Shown here in pieces: positions 42,814 to 52,600 of a DNA stretch of 64,000 nucleotides (position 1 is the stretch's first letter; each line of letters opens with the position of its first letter). The notes below the pieces were generated by a model. It was given only the letters and a program-made list of their open reading frames with translations. It was not told where the DNA came from and did not search any database. The stretch lies in the NCBI GenBank assembly GCA_013265495.1, contig MU062233.1, positions 7,842,554-7,906,553 on the forward strand, read 5' to 3'. The position numbers and the translations under genes are program-made. Origin of the DNA: Vicugna vicugna. Its lineage: Eukaryota.

Positions 42814-45800
42814 TCAGGTTTGGTGCCACAGGGTTTTTGCTTCGGGGCCCAACCTGTTGGGAAAATAGGGAGGTGGAGTGAATTTAGGGCATAGCTGCTC
42901 CAGAATCTTCTAGTACTGGTGCCCTAAGCCTCCCTTGGAAAACCGCACCTGCTCCTACCATTGATGTGGGATGAGGACGCTGGGAGCTGAGAGGCACAAG
43001 TGGCCGTTACATGTGGGATGGATGGGAGATGATTGGGTCTCATGACCCCACTCACTGCATGTGTCTGCCCCGGGCATGTGGCTAGACTCTGAGCAGAATG
43101 AATGGCAGCCCTGATAACCTTAGAAGCCACTGTATCCAGGACAAGGCCTGTTCACGGAACAGCACATCATCTGAATCATAAATCGGAGCCTGTGGTCCTG
43201 CAGGAGCAGGTGGACAGTTACACCAGAGACCACAGCTGTAGCTGCGACCCGTTTTGATGTGAGTGCTCCCTCAGGTACGGGCCCGTGTGTGTGTCTCTGC
43301 GCACATCGGTGTCTGTATGTCTGTTGTGCGTGTGTGCCTCGGTGACATCCACTCCCGGCCTGTCTGGGACAGTAAGGCTCCCTTCCCCCTTGGAGCAGGG
43401 ACCTGGTCCTTGGACTGGGGAAAGCACAGGAGGATGGAGGCAAGGGTGCAAGAGGGGTCTAGCTGTCCTGTCAGCAGTGCCCCATCTTGAAGAGGAAGGA
43501 GTGGAGGAGGCCGAGGAGGGAGGTGTGTGGGGCCCCGGGCAGACTTCCTGGCATGTGCCCTTACCGTGGTCTGGCCTGGGTGGGACAGCCGCTAGGAGCC
43601 TGGTGCACTTTCCTTTACGGGGCCAGCCACCTGCGGGAGCTCCTCGGGCTGCAGGTGGCTGTCAGTGCACACGGGCATCTCCTTCAGTGAGGAGGGCAGG
43701 GGACAGCCATGGAATCTGTGGGGAAAGGGAGCCTCAGGGTCCGGACTCCGTTGCCTCTGCTGAGAGTCGGGGTGGAGGTTGGCCCCACACCGTCCAGCGT
43801 AGGTCTGGGTCCTGGGACCTTGGGCTTAGGAGGGCAGAGTCTGTGCCTGTCGTGGGGGCTCAGGACTCCCACCCACACACCCGGGTGCCCTACCTGAGCG
43901 GAGCGGCCGTGCTGGGGCCCCTTGCAGCAGCTTGCTCAGCCGGGAAGCCCAGGGGTCCGGCTCGAAGTTCTGGGCTCAGACTAGGGGCTGCAGAGCAAAG
44001 AAGAACACAGTCATCCTGGGCTGTATGCTCAGCTGCAGCCTCCCTGCCACGGCCTCAGTGTTCATGTCCTCCTCAACCTCATATGTTGAAATCCTAACCC
44101 CAAGGTGATGGTATTAGGAGGAGAGGCCTTCAGGAGGTGATCTGGTCCTGAGGGTGGAGCCCTTATAAAAGAGACCTCAGAGAGCAGCCTCCCCCCTTCC
44201 ACCCTGCAAGGACACAGCAAGAAGGCGACATCTGCAGCCTGCAGGAGGGCACTTACCAGACACCCAGCCTGCTGGCGCCTTGTCCTTGGACTTCTCAACG
44301 TCCAGAACTGTGAGAAATAAACATCTGTGGTCCTTAACCTACCCAGCCTGTGGTCTACTTGTTGCCTCAGCCCAAACAGACTAAGAGGCACCCAGAGGCA
44401 CACACCAAGCCTCGCCCCCGATGAGGGGTGCAGCCCAGGCGGGGCACACAGGGCAGGCTCCCCCAGTGCACCCGGCCTCCTGGGAGACGGAATGCTGATG
44501 GTCCCGGAAAGGCTTAGCCTGGAGGAGATTCTAAAGAAACTCGGTTCCCTTTGGGATTCTGGAAGGACAGCCTCAGGGAGCTCCCGGGGGAACAGACTGA
44601 CGCATAGAGCCAGCAACCCAGAGGGACTCCTGGGTGGGGCCCCTGAACACTCTCCACTTGGAGCCTGTCAGACCACAATGACAAGGGGCTTTTGGTCTAG
44701 GGGGTGCTGGGGTGCGTTCTGTTTCCCTCCTGGTAGAACTGGGCTTGGCTACTGTCTACAAGATACCCCAAGGGAGGTGCATTCAGAGCTGTTTTAAGAC
44801 TAGAAGGTTAGAAAAGGCCTCAGCCAGACAGAGCAGAGCCTGGGGAAGCCCACAAGGATCCTTGAAGGAAGGTCTCAGGGGAGTCAGGCTCCAAAATGGG
44901 TGAAACAGAACTAGGAGGCAGCCAGGGGGTCGAGCCTGGCCCCACCTCTGCTACTAATTAGCTTTGTGATCTTTAGTTAGTTGCTTACCCCCTCTGAGCC
45001 TTAAATTGAGAAAAGACAAGTCCTGTTTACCTCTCAGACTATAGAAGTACCAGATACGAAACTTCTGAGGATGCGTTAAACACCAGCAGCTTGGGGCCCA
45101 GGGAATCAAAGCCCCCTGCGCCCCCCCAGGCTTCCCCTGGAGCCTACCTGCCATGCTGCTCAGGGCGTGATGCTGGCTTTCAGCCTGCCCTTCAGATGGT
45201 GCTGCAAACAGGGTCTCCATCCCAGACAGCCTGCCACCCAGACAGCCATAGGTCAAAGCCTGCCTCCCAGGCAGAGGACCCTGCCTCCAGCCCCTTCAGC
45301 TGCTCTGGGGAGGCCATGCCAGCTGAGTTAGCATGTCTGGGGGCCAGCATCTCTCTCCTGACTCGGCCCTCACCTTAAGGAGGTGTCTTTTCCATCATAG
45401 TGGTCCCTTGGCCTCTCACACTGGGCTTCTGTGAGGTCAAAGGAGGCTGTGGAAGCCACGTTCTGAGGAGAGATGAGAGGCAGGGGTTACCACGGCCATC
45501 CCTGCTTTCCCCTGTGGGGCCTCTGTCCTGTGCCCGTCCGCCCACTGCCTGGTACCTCTGCCACCGCCCTCTCATCCCAGGACAGGCTCCGGCAGCTGTC
45601 CCCCAAGGCCCCATGGCAGCTGTGCCGGCGGCTCAAGCTGGGCTGTGGAGAGAAGGCGGTGAGGCCACACCAGCCTTGTCAAAGCCTGTGTCTGCAGAGG
45701 CTCCCAGGGCAGGTGCTAGGCTGGACCAAGGAGCCCACGGGGAAGCGGGAGCCAAGGAGCGACTTCCAGGGAACCCAGGAGGAGGAAGGGGGCCCACCCC

Positions 45801-46252
45801 GTCCTGGGTGAGGGCAGAAGCTGTGAAGTGGCCCCAGGGAGCCAGACTGTTGTGGCGGGGAGCGTGTCCACCACAACGCCAGGGCGCCAGGCCCTGTGCC
45901 TTCCGAGGCCTCCAGCGGTCCTGTGGAGGGAGCTGCAGCAGAAGGAATCTCTGGGCACTTACCTTCCTCCCCCGCGGCAGGAGCTGCTACTTAAGCTCCT
46001 CCGAAGATCCCTCCGTGGTGGGGGTACCCTTTGCATCCTTACCCCTACGGCCCCGGCTGCGCGCTCCAGGGAGACAGTGGTGGCCAAGGTTATGTGCGGC
46101 CCAACAGGGATGTCTGGCTGCAGGTCCCTTGTCCCAGCCAGCTGTGCTCCAGGCCACCAGCTTCCTGAGAAACTCTGCTGGAGGGAGGCTGGCCCACTGC
46201 CAACTCTCTCGGGCTGCAGCCCCTTCACCTGTTGCAGCAGCTTCTGGTCCAT
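42814..46252 (-). pseudogene. SPTBN5: Disrupted C-terminal linker / PH-domain segment of SPTBN5 (degenerate exons; stop in ancestral frame)
   Basis: Exon-equivalents: 46118-46252 (no GT after ...RDLQ), 45963-46037 (DAKGTPTTEGSSEELK*QLLPRGRK, TAG at 45987-45989), 45556-45642, 45374-45462, 45148-45230, 43894-43987, 42814-42853 (TGA). They are homologous to the recalled human DAKGTPTMEGSLEFKQHLLPGGRQ...AAPSEEQAESWWRAL region. The type 'pseudogene' refers only to this segment. Confidence 0.7.
44045..44386 (+). mobile_element. MaLR solo LTR (MLT1/MST-like)
   Basis: Diagnostic segments CATATGTTGAAATCCTAACCCCCAAGGTGATGGTATTAGG, CCTTGGACTTCTC..CCAGAACTGTGAGAAATAAA and CAGCCCAAACAGACTAAGA. Confidence 0.8.
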
Positions 46253-46607
46253 CTTGGGGAGAGGAGAAGGGGGGCAGGTCAGGGTTCCCGTGGGCTCTGT
46301 GTCCCAGCCCCTCCTCCCCACGGCGCTCCCACCCAGAGGGAGCCCCTGCCTCCTCGTTTTTCAGCTCTTCCTGCTTTGGCTCAAGAGACTTCCCTCTCGT
46401 CCCAGGCCACAGGGCGCCCTAGCTCACCAGGAGGTGGGGGTGACAGGACACCGTAGCTGGCAAGGGAAGAGCAGCGCTCTCCTGAAGGGTCAGGTGCGGG
46501 CTCAGTGCCTGCGGATAAGCCAACTCTCGGGCTAAGACCAGGATCGCTGCCACCATTGGTCCCCAGGCCCCTGCCTCCTAGGACACCCAGCTTCTGCTCA
46601 CCCTCAC

Positions 46608-49600
46608 CTTCCTCTGAAGCTGGGCAAACCTCTCTTCCTGGGCAGCCAGCAGCTTTTCAAAGTCCTGGTGTCTGCAGAGCAGCAACTCCACGTCTGCCAC
46701 TGAGTGCTGGGGAGAAGGCAGCCAGGGTGAGGCCCGGCTCCTGGGGGCACAGAGAGCCTTCCCCTCACCCTCCACAGCCTGGCCCAGGGGTCAGTGAGCA
46801 GAGGAGCCATGGGATCCGCCCTTGGTTGTGGCTGTCAGTGCAGCTGGCTAAGGGGCAGGGCCCCAGCTCACCCCGAAGTTGGGGTCCAGCAGGAGGCCCT
46901 CCCGGGAGGCCAGCCAGGCCTCGGCCTGATCCATCCCCTGCCACAGCTTCCGCAGATGCCAGCTCTCCTCACAGCGTCCCTGGCGCAGGACCCAGGCCTC
47001 CTCGAGCGCCTGCAGCCGCCCTTCCAGCTCCTGCAGACACTGGGTCACCTGGTGGGAGGGCGCCGTGGGTGGGATGCTCAGCCAGAGCGCCCGTTAGGGC
47101 GGGGCTAGAGTGCCCAGGAGAGGTGTCGGGGAAGACCCTGAGGCCTGGACCGTCCTCTTCTCTGCCCTCTCTCCCCACCTCTTTCCTGGCTTTCCCCTTC
47201 TGCTGGGGGTTCTGAAGCCCTGGGTAACTGGGCTCTGTGCCCAGCTCAGCCCCAGACTCATCTCAGTGCTCATACTTCCAAGGACATGAAGTGGCTATTG
47301 TCCACCAGCTGCTGCCCTTCCTGCCGTACATTCTGGGCTTGAAGGCAGTGCTCCTTGATGTCTCGCCCCAGCTCCTCATGCTGCTCCAGGAGCTGCTCAG
47401 CTCTAGTCACATCCCCAGCCAGCTCCTCTGAAGACACCATCACCTGCTTCTCCTGAGCCCATGCTCTGTGGGCAGGGAGTGGAAGCTGCTGTCAGGGCCA
47501 GGAGCCCTGTGGGGTGGGGAGGGGGGTGGAGCAGGGCAGGAGCTGCACAAGGGGCTGAGGACTGTAGCTCCCCAGAGAGCTGGGGTGACCCTGCAGGGGA
47601 GAGCTAAGCCAACAGCCGGGGAGGACCCACTTACAGCAGTTCCCGACAGCGTCCGAGGAAGGCGTGGCCCTGGGCAGCCTGCTCCAGCTGCTGACCCCGC
47701 TCCTGGGCCTTCACATTCAGGCTGGCCCAGGCTTTCTGCACCTCAGCCAGCTGCTTGGCCAGGCCCTCCTGAGCCTCGGGGTGTAGCTGGCCCAGCCGGC
47801 AGGCCTCAGTTGGCACCTGTGCCACCTCCTTCTCCACGGCTGTCAGTTCCCTCTGCCGCCAGAACACATGATCAGGCCTCACCCCCCGGCACCTGATGCC
47901 TGCTCCTCTTCAGGGAGCACCCAGTCCCTCTGGGGAGCTGGTTCTGCTTCCAGACTGCTCCACAACCTGGGAGGCAGGCCCTCCCGTCCCCCCGCCTTCA
48001 GGGAGGGGCTGAGACGGGCAGGCCGTGGCATGTGGATCCTCACCTCCAGGCATCTGTGCTGTTGCTGCAGGGTCTGTACCGACGACAGGCTGTGGCCACA
48101 GGCATCTCCTGCCATCAGGCTGGCCTTCTCCTGCATCCAGCCCCGGAGCTCGGCTGCCACCTGCTCAAAGCCGCGGACCTCCCGGGCTGCAGCCAGGTTC
48201 TGGGAGAGAAGGGAGGGCCTGCTCTGGCCACGGTCCTCTCTTCCTGGAGACATGGCCTCCTGGGCTACCTCCTTTTATTTTTTCCTTATTTTTCAAAATT
48301 GTTTACTTATTTTTAAATTAAAGTATAGTTGGTGTACAATATTATATAGGTTATAGGTGTACAATGTAGTAGTTTACAATTTATAAAGGTTATACTCCAT
48401 TTATACTTATTATAAAATATTGGCTATTTCTCAGTGTTGTGCAGTATATACTTGTAGCTTATTTTGTACCTAATAGTTTGTACCTCTCAGTCCCTCACCC
48501 GTGTCTTGCCCCTCTCCCCTTCCCTCTCCCCCTGGTAACCAACAAGTCCACGGGGATTGGTGACTCTTCCATGAGCACCAGGTGCAGAAAATGTCCTAGA
48601 TGTGGCAGCCACTCAGTGAATGTGTGATGTTGCTGATGACACGTGGTGGGGCCCCAGGGGACATTCTGTGAGGAGAGGGTCTTCAGTGCATACTTATGAG
48701 GAAGGCAGAGGTGGAGACTCGGAAGCAGGCGGGAATGGGTCCATGTGAGGGAGGAAGTTGGTTTGGGGGATCTGGTTGAGGAGAAGAGGGTCTGCTCAGG
48801 AGGCTGCCCAGTCAGGACTCTCAGAGACAGCCTCCCTGGGCTGCAGGCTCTGGCAGGGGCTCAGGGATCTGGGCTGCTTTTCTAGAAACAGCTCTCGCTG
48901 AGAGCTAAGGTGATAGGGGAACACTGAGGATTTCCTTGGCGTACAGATCCACTCAGAGCATGAGGATGAGACCTCACCCAGTGAGCTTGTGTGGTGAAGG
49001 AGACACCAAAGAGGCATGTGTCTTAATGAAACTGAAGCCTGCTTCAGTTTAGCTGGGGGTTTAGAGGGGGTCAGATGTTGGCCAGACATGCTCTTTCTCC
49101 CTGGAGGTGTCAACTGCACAAGGAGGAAACCAAGTTGGTACAAAGACTCAGAGGGGGCTGGAGGTGGAAGATTTTGAGCCTCTTGATCTGCTTGGCACTG
49201 GGAGTTAGAGGCAGACACCTCCCTCCACTCACCCACCCACACCCAAACCCAACTGAACTGGTGGGTCTGCTGTCCCTGGCCCAGACAGAAGGCACAGATG
49301 TCCCCACCCCTCGGCTGCCCCTGGTCTGGTCTGGAGGCACCCACCTGTGTGCGGGCTTTCAGTGCCCTGTCCAGCCTCTCCCAAGTGGCCTCAACGCGGC
49401 TCCGGTGCACTTGAATCTGGGGAGAGCACCTGGGGGCTGCTCGTTCCAAGGAGCCTGCCCGCTCCCGCAAGGCCTGCACCCTGGCCTGCCCCAGGCTCTG
49501 GACTTCCTTTCTGAAAGCATCAAACTTCTGTTCCAGCACCTGCAGGGTGTAGGGCCAGGGAGGGTCACTCTGGAGGTGTGGTATCCTGCAGCTCCCAACG

Positions 49601-52600
49601 CTGACGAAGGGCTTGGCAGAATCGGCCACTTTTGACGTCCTGAGGCTCTGCCTCAAGAACTGCAGGGATCTGCCCAGAGGCCCCCACTTCCCATCTGCTC
49701 CCCCCTCACCCTCCCTCTTTGCCCTTGTGATCCACTGTCCTCCAGGTTCACTCAGGAGTGACTCACCTTGACGGCCTCCAGGTCCTGCCCATAGTCCTGG
49801 GACTCAGCAGAGGCCACTTTGCTGGCCAGCCAGGCGTCCAGGAGCAGGGCTTCCCGCTCCAGTTGGTGGAGCTGCAGCTGCTCCCGCAGGCCTTGCCCCC
49901 TGCACTCCGCTCTCTGCAGCAGCCCCGAGTGGGCCTCCCTCACTGCGCGCATCTGGGCAAGCACCTTAGGGCTGCGGCAGGAAGGACAACCCATTAGAGC
50001 GCTTCCTCTCCAGGCTAGATCAGCCTTCTGCCTCTGTAGGGACGGGAGGGGCCCTGCCTCTCCTCCCTATTTGGTCCTGGCAACGACCCACCTTTCTGAG
50101 TTCGGCCTGCTCTCAAGGAGGGCAGCTCTCTGCTGCAGCCTCTCGATGCGAGGACTGAATGCCTCCAACTCTCTCCTGGTGGTGTCCAGCCTCCGCAGAA
50201 AGGCTTGAGTGGCCTCGGCACTCTGGCCCATCTCCTCCGTGTCCAGGACACAGCCCTGCTCTTCCAGCCAGGATTCTGCCTCCAGGAGCTGGGGTGACAA
50301 AGGGGACAGTTTTCCCTGGGTGATACCCTCCAGGGCTCTCAACTTTGAGTTCATGACCTTGAGATTTAGAGCAGTGAGTGGTTCTCAGCCTGGCTGACTG
50401 GGATCACCTGAGAGCCTCAACAACTCCCTATGCCTGGCTCTCCCCCCATAAGATTCTGATCTGGTCTGGAAGGGAGCCTGGGTAGCAATCAGCATTTCTC
50501 CAGGGTTCCAGGTAATTCTCACGTAAAGCATTGACTAAGAATCACTGGTTTAGAAGAAACAGCAAAGCAAAACCAACCCAAATCCGGGGGGCTGTTTTCT
50601 GGGAAACAAGCTGAAGGAAACGACTCAGTGGGGGTGACAGAAAACACACAGAGAGCCTGGAGCCCCAGCCGGGGGTTACCCTCCAGGCCTGCCTACACCT
50701 TGGGTGTTCTCCTGCCCGGCCCCACCTCACCCCTCACCTCTGTCAGGAACTGCTGGGCCTCCTGAGCCTCCTGCAGCCTCCGCCGCCTCTGTGCAGCCTC
50801 TGCCCGCAGGCGGCCCACGGCATCCTCCAGCTGCTGCACCCGGGCAGCCACGTCGCGGGCGGCAAAGTGCCCAGCCTGCACCAGCTTGCGCCCTGTGCCC
50901 AGCACCGCCTGGGTCAGAGCCTCGTGGCTGCTCATCTCACTCTCCAGGTTCTGCAGAGACAGGACCGGGGATGCTCCTGGGTGCTCCTCAGGGGACCCAG
51001 AGCTGTGTTTGAAACCTCGTGGGATCCCACAGACGCCCCCAAAGAGAACCTTGTCCTTGTGACCAGCAAAGAATCTAAGGCCCCAAAAGCCTTTTGGAGG
51101 CAGGAAGCTCCCAGCACCAGTGGTGGATGGAGGATGGCCCCACCCTTCCTAACGGGCCCACACCTGGTGCTTCTCCTGCAGGTGCCGCACGGTGCTCAGG
51201 CTCTGGCCGCAGTCTCGTGAGGCAGCCAGGGGCAGCTTCTCCCGCACCCAGGCCAGCTCCTCATCAGCGTCCCTGAAGAACTGCAGGAGGAGGCTCCGGG
51301 CCTCCAGGGCTGTCCTGCGCTCCCGCAGGGGCTCCCTCAGGCCCTCGAACCTGCAGCAGTGGAGGGCGGGACCAGGGTGGGGGACCCTGGTCGTCACTAT
51401 GATGGCCAGACTCTGACCCACCCTGTGCCCCTCATCATGGGCTGGCTGGGGGAGGCCCTGGGGAGATGAGTGAGGGGCAGGGAGGAGGGATGGATCTACC
51501 TCTGAAGCAGCCGCTGGAACTGCTCTTCCAAGTCTTGGGTGAGGCTGGGGCTTTCCCGCACAAAGGCCTGGGCCTGGCCCAGCAGGGCCTGTGCCCGACC
51601 AACCTGCCTGTCCACTGCTGCCTCCAGCTCTCCCTGTGCCCCTAGGAGCTCGTCCAGCCCAGGCTGGTCCAGGCCCCCGATGGGGGCCCTCAGCTTGACC
51701 TCCACGGGCTCCAGCCAGCTCTCCAGTTCCTCCACACTCCGCCGCAGACGCTGGGCCTGAGGCAGAATGTGAGGTGGGGGCATGCAGGGGAGAGGCCTAG
51801 AGCTGCATCTAGCCTGCTCTGTAGCCCACAACCTCACCTCACAGGTCTCCTGTAGCTTGACTGCCTTCCTCTGGCAGTTGGCCTGCAGCTCCTCCCAAAG
51901 CTTTCTCAGCTCCTGCAGGTGCTCCTGGATGGTCTCTGAGGCCGGGTGGCCTTCCTGCAGCAGCCTCTGCCCCTCCTATAGTCACAACATGGCACACACC
52001 TCATGGAGTCAGGACTGCTGGTATCAGGGCCCTTGTGTTGGCTCCAACTATCAGCCCCATGGCTGCAGTCTGTGTGCTAGCTGTGTGATTCTCAGGCAAG
52101 TTCCTTAACCTCTCTGAGCTCATTTTTCTTAGCCACATAATGGAGACAATAGTGGTTATTTTGTTTAAACGAGAGAAAACATTTCAAATACTTATATTAG
52201 ACTGAGGGGGCCTGGAGTCAGGGCCTACCCTTTGTAGGTGGAAGAGGGTAAATAAAAAAGGTGCTGTACTTTGACTCCTGCACCCACAGGACTTCTGGCT
52301 GGGCCCTGACTCTCCTCTGATGTCTTTCCAAGAGAGTTTTCAAAACCATCACATCAAAACACTATCTTTGAAATTCTTGAAAAGGCACCATTTTTGGAGA
52401 GGGTACCCCAGGGAAGCCTCTGTGACTCACTACCCTTTGGTGCTTAGTACAGCGTCTGTATACAGAAAGCATTCACTGAGACTTCGCCATCCACTGAGAC
52501 TTCGCCATCCACTGCTGTGGTTCAGAGCCAGTTGCCAGGGCTCTGTGGGGTTGCCCTGCTCTGGCCAGTAAGCCTGGCCCGGGCCCCCAGGGCCTCACCG

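Noticed and set aside
43285-44097. 270-aa + strand ORF downstream of PLA2G4B
   Set aside because: Starts in a GT-rich simple repeat, ends inside an LTR, and has no recognisable domain.
46335-46420. Open stretch GALWPGTRGKSLEPKQEELKNEEAGAPS as a possible SPTBN5 exon
   Set aside because: The acceptor context is poor and the nearest GT gives phase 2, which is incompatible with the next phase-0 exon.
45400-46535. 340-aa and 235-aa + strand ORFs antisense to the SPTBN5 tail
   Set aside because: Low-complexity Pro/Gly/Ala/Arg/Ser-rich products typical of GC-rich antisense frames. No promoter, Kozak or homology support.
48796-49656. 286-aa minus-strand ORF
   Set aside because: Only 49345-49539 is a genuine SPTBN5 exon; the rest is open intron by chance.
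52474-52514. Direct repeats that could suggest a CRISPR-like array
   Set aside because: Two adjacent 18-bp copies with no spacers; a simple slippage duplication in a eukaryotic intron.
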